From a virus (taxonomy: Duplodnaviria; Caudoviricetes), in IMG/VR virus record IMGVR_UViG_3300035670_000716, positions 1-35,884 of that record: a DNA stretch of 35,884 bases. One strand, written 5' to 3'. The stretch's first letter is position 1, and the number at the start of each line of letters is the position of its first letter. Shown here piece after piece: positions 16,968 through 25,570 of this stretch. The position numbers were made by a program, and so were the translations under genes. Below the pieces are notes generated by a model. The model searched no databases. It was given only the letters and a program-made list of their open reading frames with translations, and was not told the origin of the DNA.

Positions 16968-17374
16968 GCTGCTCGTACCTCCAGTTCGAAGCGACTGCCT
17001 GCCTGACGATAGACGACACCGTTATCGTCCTCTACCAGGTCAGGAAGCTGTGCAATGCGCCGGCATGCCATGACGGTGCCCCCACCGACCACAAGATCGT
17101 ATTCATCAAGCAGGGCGTCACACCTATCTGCCATCTGCTTGGCGACCTTATGCGAGTTGCCGGTTGTCCACCCCTTCACTACCCATCGCTCGCGGATAGT
17201 TGCCCGCGCTCCAAATACTCGCGTATCGTCACCGTCGAATAGCTGAATGGTGACGAACGGCGCTACTGCCGTCTGCGGAGCGATGCCGTAGTAGATCCCT
17301 GTGCATCCGAGGCTCGTCAGCGTGCTATCGCCAGAGAGCCGCGAATAGATTGCGCTGCCAGACGCCGCGCTCAT
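16964..17374 (-). CDS. Tail terminator (DUF3168 / SPP1 gp17-like)
   Basis: AIYSRL..D..L...IYY..AP....PFV pattern and gene position. Confidence 0.75.
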   Translation of the reverse strand: MSAASGSAIYSRLSGDSTLTSLGCTGIYYGIAPQTAVAPFVTIQLFDGDDTRVFGARATIRERWVVKGWTTGNSHKVAKQMADRCDALLDEYDLVVGGGTVMACRRIAQLPDLVEDDNGVVYRQAGSRFELEVRAA

Positions 17375-17685
17375 GAAGTCAGCCTGTCGAACGCACGGAT
17401 AGCGCCTGGCCACGCCTCACCAAGAGCAAGCTGCAGGAAAGGCTTAGCGGTCTGACGCCGGGTGCCAAGTTCCACGTAGATCGCATACTCAGCGTTGGCC
17501 GTGACGCGCCAGGTGAGCTTCCTGACCGGCTCCGCAGCGATGCTATTCATCAGATTGCCTGTATCCACCGGCGCGTATGCCTTCGCCAGCGCCTCGGTGT
17601 CGAAGGCCGTCTTCTTCAGAATCTTCTCCGCGAGATCATCTGCCTGAGAAGCAATCTCGGGGATTCGGTTGTAGACGATCGGCAT
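17371..17685 (-). CDS. HK97 gp10-like tail completion protein
   Basis: APVDTGNLMNSI...EYAIYVELGT...PFL. Confidence 0.9.
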   Translation of the reverse strand: MPIVYNRIPEIASQADDLAEKILKKTAFDTEALAKAYAPVDTGNLMNSIAAEPVRKLTWRVTANAEYAIYVELGTRRQTAKPFLQLALGEAWPGAIRAFDRLTS

Positions 17686-17840
17686 CAGCCGCGCTTCTTC
17701 TTCTTGGCGGGCAGCGCCGAATAGGACTTCGTCTTCTTGACGTACTCCTTGGCCTCGCTCTGCGAGAGGCCCTTGACCTTGATGCTGCCGCTCGCCGCGC
17801 CCTGCATCAGACGGTACTGAGCCTTGGACTTAGCTGGCAT
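17685..17840 (-). CDS. Small basic protein (51 aa, DUF3008-like N-terminus)
   Basis: Manual translation MPAKSKAQYRLMQGAASGSIKVKGLSQSEAKEYVKKTKSYSALPAKKKKRG; TGATG overlaps on both sides. Confidence 0.75.
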   Translation of the reverse strand: MPAKSKAQYRLMQGAASGSIKVKGLSQSEAKEYVKKTKSYSALPAKKKKRG

Positions 17841-18199
17841 CAGTCCACCTCGTTACAGAAGAGCCGCGTGCAGGTGTCGTAAGACCTGGGCGAACTCGTC
17901 CTGATGATCTCGTAGGTGTTGCCGGCGTGGATTACCCGGTCGCGTTCCGTGACGCTAGTGCCCTGCGGGACGGTGATAACCCATCCAGTAGCTGCTAGGA
18001 ACTCACCACCAACAATGTCTTCCAAGCCCGCTCCCTGCGGTGAAACCCTGCAGGCGACGGTTCCGACATTGGCCCAGGTATCAATAACTCCGCCCATTCC
18101 GTCCGAGGACTGAGTAGAGCGGCTGATGACAGCCGTGCCGGGGAGAGTATCGGCAATAGTCGAGCGCATGCACGCAAGATCTGCAGTCGTGAGCGTCAC
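17840..18199 (-). CDS. Head closure / head-tail adaptor (SPP1 gp16-like)
   Basis: DGMGG...W...CRV...DRV...YEI. Confidence 0.8.
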   Translation of the reverse strand: MTLTTADLACMRSTIADTLPGTAVISRSTQSSDGMGGVIDTWANVGTVACRVSPQGAGLEDIVGGEFLAATGWVITVPQGTSVTERDRVIHAGNTYEIIRTSSPRSYDTCTRLFCNEVD

Positions 18200-18768
18200 G
18201 ATTCGGTCCTGAGATTCCTTCGTTGCACGCGGGCACGCTTACGCAGCTCTCGGGCCTGATCGCGCATGTTCTTGACCTTCTGCGACAAGCTGAACGACTG
18301 CCCATCGGTTGAGAAGTCGAAGCATCGGGACTCATGCGCGGCCCATGAATCCAGAATCTCGGCAGCAGCGCCGTAGATGTCGTATGACCTGGCGCTGAGA
18401 TAGAGAGCGGTTCCCCCGGTGTCAGCAGCGAAGTCGAAGATGCCCAGCTGGTAGTCAGCCGTATAGGTGGCCGTTCCTCGGTCATCACCTACGGAGTCTT
18501 CGATGAAGAAGACCGCTGTACCACTCGCAGCAGTCTCCAGGAAGCCGTATGCGGAGCGAAGACGTGTATAGACGACTGATCCCCCTCCGATGTACGAAGG
18601 CTCGCGCAAGAGCTTATGACGGACGAGATCCTGCCGGTGACGATCCAGAACCTGCTCGATCTGATTGTCGTCCCAGTAGTTCGCCGTGCCGACGCTGTAT
18701 TCGGCGGTGCCGGCGTAGGTCAGTCCTCGCACCCTGGCGATGTTGTCGGCCATACCGCTTCTGCTCAT
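18196..18768 (-). CDS. Head-tail connector protein
   Basis: Gene position; D.QI...L and YGAAAEIL..WA...FS.DGQSFS.SQ. Confidence 0.65.
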   Translation of the reverse strand: MSRSGMADNIARVRGLTYAGTAEYSVGTANYWDDNQIEQVLDRHRQDLVRHKLLREPSYIGGGSVVYTRLRSAYGFLETAASGTAVFFIEDSVGDDRGTATYTADYQLGIFDFAADTGGTALYLSARSYDIYGAAAEILDSWAAHESRCFDFSTDGQSFSLSQKVKNMRDQARELRKRARVQRRNLRTES

Positions 18769-19727
18769 GCTGTCAGTGCTTCCTCCGGGGACAGAATCTC
18801 AGCCGCAGTCCAGGCCACGATCTGTCGAATGGTGTTCTCAGGCGACCATCCTAGTGATCTTGCAAGCGCCGCATCTGGCAGCTTCGTCCCGGCGCTCGCT
18901 TCCTCGTAGCGAGGACCGAAGATCCTCTTGCCTGATGTGTGAACGATCTCAGACTTTGAGCCAGTCACCTCTCTGACAACCCTGGCGAGATCGTTGATGG
19001 TTGTGCGGTTCTCTTCGTTGCCGACGTTGTATGCCTGCCCGGTCCAATCATCCGTTGCTGGCAAGTGATCGGTGATGAATCTGCATACATCCCATACTCC
19101 GGTGAATGCCCGCTCCTGCTCACCGCCCTCAAAGACTGTGATCGGCTTGTCCCTGAGCGCCTGATAGACCATGCGAGGCACAACGAATCCCTTGCCCTGC
19201 GCCTCGCGGGGACCGGCCATATTCCACGGCCTGATCTGTACGGCTCGGAGTCCCCTGGCGATAGAAGCTCCGACGATCTGCTCTGCGGCGATCTTGCCCG
19301 CCTGATACTCACCTCTGGCAGAGAACTTCTGCTGAATAGTGCATGGATCGCTCTCTGAGGCCTGACCAGTGATGCCGTAGATCTCTGAAGTGGAGATATT
19401 GACGAGAGGAACGTCAGCAACCACGCACGCATCTACGACTTTCTGCGTTGCCCAGACCACATCGCCGGCAATCGTGCCCTGAGCGGGAAGGATCGCAGCA
19501 GCGCCGACCGGGGAGGCTGCGTGCACAACAAGATCGGCAGAGGCGACGTACTTCGGGAGTATCTGCTTCGCGTCAGCGATCATCATGTGCGAGATCGTCG
19601 GATGAGTGACGCTCACGACATTCGCAGTCATGTTGTCAAGTCCGATGACTTCCCAACCGAGCTTCGCATAGCGATCCGCCAGGTGAGAACCCATGAAGCC
19701 GAGCGCCCCGGTAATCATCACCCTCAT
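18765..19727 (-). CDS. NAD-dependent NDP-sugar epimerase/dehydratase (extended SDR)
   Basis: ITGALGFMGSHL (GxxGxxG), STSEIYG, YQAGK (YxxxK), YNVG. Confidence 0.92.
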   Translation of the reverse strand: MRVMITGALGFMGSHLADRYAKLGWEVIGLDNMTANVVSVTHPTISHMMIADAKQILPKYVASADLVVHAASPVGAAAILPAQGTIAGDVVWATQKVVDACVVADVPLVNISTSEIYGITGQASESDPCTIQQKFSARGEYQAGKIAAEQIVGASIARGLRAVQIRPWNMAGPREAQGKGFVVPRMVYQALRDKPITVFEGGEQERAFTGVWDVCRFITDHLPATDDWTGQAYNVGNEENRTTINDLARVVREVTGSKSEIVHTSGKRIFGPRYEEASAGTKLPDAALARSLGWSPENTIRQIVAWTAAEILSPEEALTA

Positions 19728-20341
19728 ACGGCCACTCCGATCCAGTAGTCGGGATTCGCCAGAGATTGCTCGAACTGAAGCCGGTCAGTCATGGAGCGCC
19801 TTACCATGTCATCCCTGCCCGCGACTCCCTCCAGATGCGTGATTCTGTACGGATCACGATAGACCACGTTCATACCGAGCGAACGCGCTCTGGCCGCCAG
19901 GTAGTCGTCAGCGAAGTAGTGGATATCGAGGCACGGACCCATCTCCTGCCACACATACTGCGAGAAGAATGGGAACTGACTGCTGACCACAGGTGCCCAG
20001 TCAGCGCAATCAGTCAGTAGCCAGCCGCCACCCATTGAGCCAGTCGCCAGAACCGATCCATCCAGCTTCTGAAGCCTCGGTGCCGGGTAGAGCGACCGAT
20101 CAGCTGCTTCCATCGCCGCCTCTGCCCAGCCAGGATGCACGATCACATCATCTGCAGCGAGCATCAGGTATTCGCCCTGCGCTGCCTCTGCGCCGTCATT
20201 CCATGCAGTGCCTATTGCCCTGCGATCCTTCACGATGATGATCTGCAGCTCTTCTGCCGGCACGGTGGCTCGGAAAGAGGCGATGGTCTTCTGACATAGA
20301 TCCTCGCGTCCCTTGATCGTCGGGACTACGACAGATATCAC
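19724..20341 (-). CDS. Glycosyltransferase family 2 (GT-A)
   Basis: ISVVVPT...AWNDG...GEYL...ADDV...YFADD. Confidence 0.88.
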   Translation of the reverse strand: MISVVVPTIKGREDLCQKTIASFRATVPAEELQIIIVKDRRAIGTAWNDGAEAAQGEYLMLAADDVIVHPGWAEAAMEAADRSLYPAPRLQKLDGSVLATGSMGGGWLLTDCADWAPVVSSQFPFFSQYVWQEMGPCLDIHYFADDYLAARARSLGMNVVYRDPYRITHLEGVAGRDDMVRRSMTDRLQFEQSLANPDYWIGVAV

Positions 20342-21513
20342 TGCACGACCTCAACCGGGGGAGGCTCGGCGTCAGATGACTCCAGACGGTCAGAGAGTTC
20401 GTCCAGAAGAGGCTTCCAATAGTGCTGAGTGACCTCGTCTGCGTCGTATCGCATGGCGAACGCTCGCGCATCTTCCGCCAGGCGCTTATCTCCGCGTGCC
20501 TCGTATGCGGCCTCATAAGCCTCTAGGACGCCCTCAACGGTCGCTAGGTGCTGGTAGTCCAGCATGGGCGTAAGGATGCGTTCTGAGGCCGTTACAGTCC
20601 ATCCTGCGCCCACTAGCTCAGGCATCGCAGTCCAGCCACCGACGATGACCGGCGTGCCACACGCCTGAGCCTCAATGATCGGCACTCCGAATCCTTCGCC
20701 CATTGTCGGACTGCTGAGTACGTCCATTGAGCTATAGAGAGCGGCCATTACCTCGTCGTCGTAGCCGAGAAGGTTGCGGTACTGATCCGCCAGGCGAACG
20801 GAGTCCTCTGGCACCCCGGTAGCCTGCAGCACCCCCGGTATGTCCAGACCCTCCATTTCCGTACCGATATGCGTGTGTAGGTAGAGGATCGCATCGCTAT
20901 GACGCTCTCGGAGCCTGGCGAAAGCCTCAAACTGAGTCGGTAGTGCCTTGCGAGAGGGAATCCCCTTGTTCGCGGCCACGATGCCGACGATGAAGGCATC
21001 TTCTGGCAGTCCGAGCTTGACGCGAGCCTCGCGCTGATCCATCGGCGCATAGACGTTCGTATCCACTCCATGCGGAACGTAGCGTGGATCTAGCCCCGCA
21101 TCACGCGCTGCCTGCTCTGCGTGCTTGGCATATACGACCGGCTGCCAAGAATGCTTGACGGCCTCTCGGACCATATGCGGCACGCCTTCGTGATCCACCG
21201 GGAACCACGGCACCCACCTGGCGCCAGTAGATGTGATCTTGTCGTGCTTCATCACCCATCCGTCAATGAGGGTGATGACAATGTCCGCTTTGTGATCCTT
21301 CACATGCGGGCCGATCACATCCATTCCATATGGATGAAATGCCTTGGGATAGACCTTCATCCCGTTCCAGCCGATGGTTGCGCCCTCCAGCCCATAGAAG
21401 GCGCTCATAGCTACGTCATGGCCCAGGTCACGGATGCGTGGCGCGAAGATGCGCGTCTGCACTCCATAGCCAGTTGCAGTCCATGGTGCGTTGGAATGCC
21501 AGAGAATCCTCAA
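20338..21513 (-). CDS. Glycosyltransferase family 4 (GT-B)
   Basis: TGYG, VPHGVD, RK and EGFGVPIIEAQACG (EX7E); TTG start. Confidence 0.92.
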   Translation of the reverse strand: MRILWHSNAPWTATGYGVQTRIFAPRIRDLGHDVAMSAFYGLEGATIGWNGMKVYPKAFHPYGMDVIGPHVKDHKADIVITLIDGWVMKHDKITSTGARWVPWFPVDHEGVPHMVREAVKHSWQPVVYAKHAEQAARDAGLDPRYVPHGVDTNVYAPMDQREARVKLGLPEDAFIVGIVAANKGIPSRKALPTQFEAFARLRERHSDAILYLHTHIGTEMEGLDIPGVLQATGVPEDSVRLADQYRNLLGYDDEVMAALYSSMDVLSSPTMGEGFGVPIIEAQACGTPVIVGGWTAMPELVGAGWTVTASERILTPMLDYQHLATVEGVLEAYEAAYEARGDKRLAEDARAFAMRYDADEVTQHYWKPLLDELSDRLESSDAEPPPVEVVQ

Positions 21514-21621
21514 CCTCGCCCCCTTCTCATGCCCCGGTAGAAGCGACTAGGGAAAGACACCGGGGCGGGATGCCCTTTCAGCAGACGGTGCGACCGCTGC
21601 CTATCCCATGTCGCCTAGTCG
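21514..21621 (-). promoter_or_regulatory. Structured 5' leader of the glycosyltransferase cassette (candidate cis-regulatory RNA / pseudoknot)
   Basis: Complementary pairs 21544-51/21614-21 (8 bp), 21531-38/21559-66 (8 bp, crossing the first), 21567-71/21603-07 and 21581-89/21593-600. Confidence 0.55.
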
Positions 21622-22014
21622 TTACGCCTTGCCGCCCACGTAGTGGACGATCACCTTCCCGAATGTGGCCGTGCCGTTGTTCTGGCCGGTCTGACGAACG
21701 GCGAGCCACTCATGCCTGTTCAGCACGTCGTGCTCGTCGCTAATCGTCATCTGCTTCGGAACATTGGCTACCCAGTGGTCAGAAGTGCCACCGACAGAGA
21801 GTCCTGCCGTCCCGAGGACTGCCGGCGTGCCCGCATCGGAATACCGGATCAGCTCTACGGTGAAAGACGTATTGCTGCTGGTGTTCGCATGGTTCACAGC
21901 CCACGCCTCGGTGATGGTCACTGCTCCACCGATATCCGATGCTCTGAAGATCAGCACGTCGGATGTGTGCCCTCCGAGGGGGAGAACAAGAGTATTCGCA
22001 TCTAGCTGTGCCAT
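21622..22014 (-). CDS. Putative capsid decoration protein, paralogue 2
   Basis: Downstream of the capsid gene; paralogous to 22077..22463. Confidence 0.65.
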   Translation of the reverse strand: MAQLDANTLVLPLGGHTSDVLIFRASDIGGAVTITEAWAVNHANTSSNTSFTVELIRYSDAGTPAVLGTAGLSVGGTSDHWVANVPKQMTISDEHDVLNRHEWLAVRQTGQNNGTATFGKVIVHYVGGKA

Positions 22015-22021
22015 GTGAGAT

Positions 22022-22071
22022 ACGGCCTGGTGGCCGACCCTCTACCCGAGAAGGTCGGCCACCGATGCCGT
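22022..22071 (-). terminator. Strong intergenic hairpin without U-tract
   Basis: GGTGGCCGACC 22029-39 / GGTCGGCCACC 22053-63 form a perfect 11-bp stem, with an ACGGC/GCCGT outer stem. Confidence 0.6.
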
Positions 22072-22076
22072 GATTC

Positions 22077-22463
22077 CTACGCCTTTCCCTGCACGTAGTG
22101 AATCGTGACCATCCCGCGAGTCGAAGAGCCGCCGTCCACCGTCGCGTAAGCGAGGCTCAGGCACTCGCCCTCGTCCAGCGTGATGTACGACTCGTTGAGG
22201 GTGTAGCTCTTGGGAAGGGTGTCGGTCCAGTGGTCGGCGGTGCCGCCCAGAGTCCCGACAGTGCCAGCGATGACCGTCCCGGCGCTGGTGCGCTTGTGGA
22301 GAGCCAGGGTGAAGGTCGCCGTACCCGAGGTAGTGGCGTGGTTCACCGCATAGGCGTCCAGAAGCGTGACCTTGCCGCCAGTCCCGCTGTGCTTGTAGAT
22401 GATCACGTCGTCAGCCGCTGCGGGCATCGGAACCGTGATGCTGTTCACGTCGAACTGTGCCAT
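22077..22463 (-). CDS. Putative capsid decoration protein, paralogue 1
   Basis: Directly after the capsid gene; beta-rich; shares AVNHA.TS, GGT.DHW and HYV.GKA with its neighbour. Confidence 0.65.
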   Translation of the reverse strand: MAQFDVNSITVPMPAAADDVIIYKHSGTGGKVTLLDAYAVNHATTSGTATFTLALHKRTSAGTVIAGTVGTLGGTADHWTDTLPKSYTLNESYITLDEGECLSLAYATVDGGSSTRGMVTIHYVQGKA

Positions 22464-22476
22464 TCGGTAAGCCTTT

Positions 22477-23334
22477 CTACTCGGTCGGCACGGAGGCGTC
22501 GGAGATCAGCTTGACGCCGAACTTCGGTCGCCACGTTCCGTGGGCGTAGACAGCGGAGAGGTTGATCTCGTCGGCGCGGCGGCTCGCGTCACGCTCGCGC
22601 TCGATACGCGGAGCGCGGCGAATGTCCAGAGCCAGGGCCATCGGAGAGAAGATGCCAGCAGTGCAGTCGTCGCTCCCGTCGATGCTCAGGTTCGACGAGA
22701 TGAAGATGTTGGTGTCGTAGGCACGGCCAACGATCCGGTTCTGCATGACAGCGTCACCGAACTGCGGGGTGTTCTGCATCCCGGAGACAGCGGCCTCCTT
22801 CGACAGATCGAACCACTGATACGGGTGAAGCACCGCGTGGTACGGGCCGGGGGCGTTCTGAGCGCGAAGCTGCGACACAGCCGCGAAGAAACGTCCCCAG
22901 GTGAGGGTCGAACCGGCGGTGCCAGCCGTGCCCCCGGTGAACGAGGCGAAGTTGCTGAGAAGGTCAGTCTCGATCTTCTGAGCGATCGCGAAGCCCAGCT
23001 CCTGAGCCGCGTTCTGCATGACAGCGAACGGGTCAGACTCCATGCGCTGGTCGGTGACGAGGTACTGAGCACCGACCTCAGACGGGGTGAGCGTCGAAAG
23101 CACGGTCGGCTTGAAGGACTGCGAGGTGAGATCGTCGTCGTCGTTGATCGAGCTGATCGAAGCAGACGAGTACTCGGAAGCAACGCGGGGAGCGATGCCC
23201 TGGCCTGAGAGGGTGGTGACGAGGTTCGACATAAGCTCGTTGTCACGAGCGACGAACATCGCATCCTCGTAGATCTTCTGGATGTAGTCGGTCGGCGTCT
23301 GAATGTCGCTGACCTGAGTGAAAGCTGCCGGCAC
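22477..23334 (-). CDS. Major capsid protein (HK97 fold)
   Basis: Follows the scaffold gene; LG.AIA.KIE.D, VLHP.Q..DL, IERERDAS.R, YAHG..RP..GV; AAAGGA RBS. Confidence 0.9.
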   Translation of the reverse strand: MPAAFTQVSDIQTPTDYIQKIYEDAMFVARDNELMSNLVTTLSGQGIAPRVASEYSSASISSINDDDDLTSQSFKPTVLSTLTPSEVGAQYLVTDQRMESDPFAVMQNAAQELGFAIAQKIETDLLSNFASFTGGTAGTAGSTLTWGRFFAAVSQLRAQNAPGPYHAVLHPYQWFDLSKEAAVSGMQNTPQFGDAVMQNRIVGRAYDTNIFISSNLSIDGSDDCTAGIFSPMALALDIRRAPRIERERDASRRADEINLSAVYAHGTWRPKFGVKLISDASVPTE

Positions 23335-23348
23335 GGCAGATCCTTTCT

Positions 23349-24002
23349 CTAGTCGGAGCCGATGACGCCCCCGCCCATCCTGCTTGCCGCACCGGGATCG
23401 AAGATGCCGCTATTGCCACCGTAGAGTCGGGACCGGCGCTGCGCGTCGGTTTCCCCCATTGGCTCACTGCGTGCCGGGTTGGCAGGCGATGATGCGGGCG
23501 GCTGCGTCTTCAGATACGGCTTGGCCTTCAGCAGTCGGCGTAGAGCGTTGTCAAGACTCTCGGGGTCCGGTCGGCCTGCGTCGTCATAGTCCAGCGAAGC
23601 CTCGTCCAGAAGCGCGACCGCCACCTCTGCATCCACGATGCCGAGAGAGTTACTGCGAACAGCCACGGCGCTTTCCAACGCCAGGCGACGAGTAGTGACT
23701 TCACGCTCTTCAAGAGCCTGCTCCAACTGCTGCATACGACGAGCCTGCTTCTCCGATTCAGAAAGCTCTGCTTCCTCTCGGGCCTGCTGCACCGCCTCCA
23801 GCTCCCTGAGCCTCTTGCGGTACTTCGCGGCCTCCGAGCGTGCTTCTTTCAGAGCCTTCTCTGAGTTGAGAGCCTGCTGGTTGTCCTGATCGTCCTGTGC
23901 GTCCTGCGCGTCAGGAATGGGCTCCTGGCCCGGTGTTTCGCCCTCCGGGGGCGTCTGAACGTCCTCGGGCACCTGGCCCTCAACGCTCTCATTGATCTCC
24001 AC
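23349..24002 (-). CDS. Capsid scaffolding protein (start may be GTG 23972)
   Basis: Acidic N-terminus, coiled coil with R.EAAKYR, ELSE.EK and KPYL. Confidence 0.85.
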   Translation of the reverse strand: MEINESVEGQVPEDVQTPPEGETPGQEPIPDAQDAQDDQDNQQALNSEKALKEARSEAAKYRKRLRELEAVQQAREEAELSESEKQARRMQQLEQALEEREVTTRRLALESAVAVRSNSLGIVDAEVAVALLDEASLDYDDAGRPDPESLDNALRRLLKAKPYLKTQPPASSPANPARSEPMGETDAQRRSRLYGGNSGIFDPGAASRMGGGVIGSD

Positions 24003-24022
24003 GGTAGCACTTGCCCCTTACT

Positions 24023-24032
24023 GGATTACATA
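24023..24032 (-). promoter_or_regulatory. Candidate late promoter element TATGTAATCC
   Basis: Identical 10-mer upstream of the portal gene (29924..29933). Confidence 0.45.
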
Positions 24033-24101
24033 TGTGCCGGCAGGGATAGAAGCACATCGGCTATGCGGAATGCACTCCCCGGTACCGTTGTGGAAAGTCC
24101 A

Positions 24102-24131
24102 CTTGCCAACATGAGCAAGATGTATCAGCAT
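24102..24131 (+). promoter_or_regulatory. Possible promoter/operator for the plus-strand cassette
   Basis: TTGCCA-N17-CAGCAT overlapped by the inverted repeat CTTGC-N8-GCAAG. Confidence 0.3.
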
Positions 24132-24169
24132 TCAGTTCAGTTGGAAACCACATGACGAGAGGAATCAAC

Positions 24170-24607
24170 ATGGCACGTCAGCTTCTGAAGGATGTTCACC
24201 CGATCTGCGACGAGATCCTCAACGGTGAGTACGACGACATCCTCCACGCTATCGAGCAGTCCATCAGCGCACGTCGCAAGCGTTCGCAGGCTGAGTCAGG
24301 CATCCGACCGAATGTGATCGTGCGAGTGGACTACCCGAGCGATCCTCAGATTGACGGTGTGTACGCATACGTCAAGAAGGTCAATAAGAAGTCTGTGGGC
24401 ATCGTGGTTCTGCTTGACAGCACTGAGCGCACAGACGATGACGGTCTCCGTCCGCTGCCGATGGAGTACCGCGTGTCACCGAACCTCCTGCGGGTTGTTG
24501 ACACGCTTGACGAGGACATGACGCGGGAGAACCTGACCGAGCGCAACCGCTGGACTCGCGAGTGCATGCTGTATTGGGAGCAGGCCGCTTCGGACGAGAA
24601 GTGGTAG
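24170..24607 (+). CDS. Hypothetical protein with SH3/KOW-like segment
   Basis: GAGG RBS before ATG 24170; VKKVNKKSV...YRVSPNLL. Confidence 0.65.
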   Translation: MARQLLKDVHPICDEILNGEYDDILHAIEQSISARRKRSQAESGIRPNVIVRVDYPSDPQIDGVYAYVKKVNKKSVGIVVLLDSTERTDDDGLRPLPMEYRVSPNLLRVVDTLDEDMTRENLTERNRWTRECMLYWEQAASDEKW

Positions 24608-24611
24608 TCCG

Positions 24612-24959
24612 ATGAACGAGCCGACTATCTCAGGATTCATGTTCGACGTGCTGGAGCGCCGCAGCGACTACAACGGATGGGGATACATTCGTGGTCGCTA
24701 CGAGATTCTGCGGCAGCGCGGCATGGATGCCGTCGCTCGCGCAGATGCCGATCTGTTGCATTTCGCAGCGATCAACGGATGGAGCACCGAGGATCTGTTC
24801 GTCTTCTGCAACAGCAAGGACGGCAGGCACTACGCAGACGCGCATGAGGACGGCAGGACTCGGCAGGCGCTCTCTTGCCTGCAGTACTTCAATGACAATT
24901 GGATGCTCGTCGCTCGCAAGGATCGCGGCATTCCCTACCCGCATGAGGTGGCCGCATGA
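24612..24959 (+). CDS. Hypothetical protein
   Basis: Part of the plus-strand operon; ATGA-coupled to the next gene. Confidence 0.65.
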   Translation: MNEPTISGFMFDVLERRSDYNGWGYIRGRYEILRQRGMDAVARADADLLHFAAINGWSTEDLFVFCNSKDGRHYADAHEDGRTRQALSCLQYFNDNWMLVARKDRGIPYPHEVAA

Positions 24960-25231
24960 TCGCCACGTTCTCCGACAACAGCACTCTGACGATCCCTGAC
25001 GACTTCTCATTCGACCATGTGACGATCATCGGTCGTGACTCAGAGGGTGACCTGGTAGTGGAAAGCGACGGCATGCTCTACCCACTCACACACTGCTGCC
25101 TCGCAAGCGGCAAGGGTGCTGAGGTCAGCACAGGGGTAGTGTGCAGGTCGTGCTACGAGGAAGTGGATTCGATCTACGGAGCGGTGTACGAGGACGCGGA
25201 CGTTCGCTCGCGCCTTATCAGCATCGCTTAG
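24956..25231 (+). CDS. Small zinc-ribbon-like protein
   Basis: HCC.ASGKG...VVCRSCY.EVD; GAGGTG RBS. Confidence 0.65.
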   Translation: MIATFSDNSTLTIPDDFSFDHVTIIGRDSEGDLVVESDGMLYPLTHCCLASGKGAEVSTGVVCRSCYEEVDSIYGAVYEDADVRSRLISIA

Positions 25232-25236
25232 TTCCC

Positions 25237-25272
25237 TACGCCCTCGGATGCTCTAGCGGCTCCGAGGGCGTA
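25237..25272. terminator. Intrinsic terminator-like hairpin
   Basis: Perfect 12-bp inverted repeat TACGCCCTCGGA / TCCGAGGGCGTA right after a stop codon. Confidence 0.65.
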
Positions 25273-25294
25273 TCAGTTCTGGAATGGAGCATTC

Positions 25295-25570
25295 ATGAGT
25301 GACGAGGGCATGACAGAGGACGAACTTCGCAAGATGGAGAGCGAAGACCGCATAGACCGCATGACGCCTGTGACGTATGTGGTGCTGATCCCGTACTCAA
25401 CGGCTGATAGTCACATCTGCGTCGGCCACTTCGGATCACGCATAGACGCTGCCAGGTTCATCGGGAAGTTCACCAGCCGGGTAGATATCAAGCCAGAAGA
25501 CCTCATGGTTGGGCCTGTCTATTCGCACGCGGACATAATGGATCTTCTTGACGAGAAGGGAGGTGAGTGA
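25295..25570 (+). CDS. Hypothetical protein
   Basis: GGAG RBS; coupled to the HTH gene. Confidence 0.6.
   Translation: MSDEGMTEDELRKMESEDRIDRMTPVTYVVLIPYSTADSHICVGHFGSRIDAARFIGKFTSRVDIKPEDLMVGPVYSHADIMDLLDEKGGE

Noticed and set aside
21514-21621. HDV-like/theta ribozyme reading of the crossed helices
   Set aside because: Only 7 nt and 5 nt separate the helix strands, leaving no room for P3/L3, P4 or the catalytic J4/2
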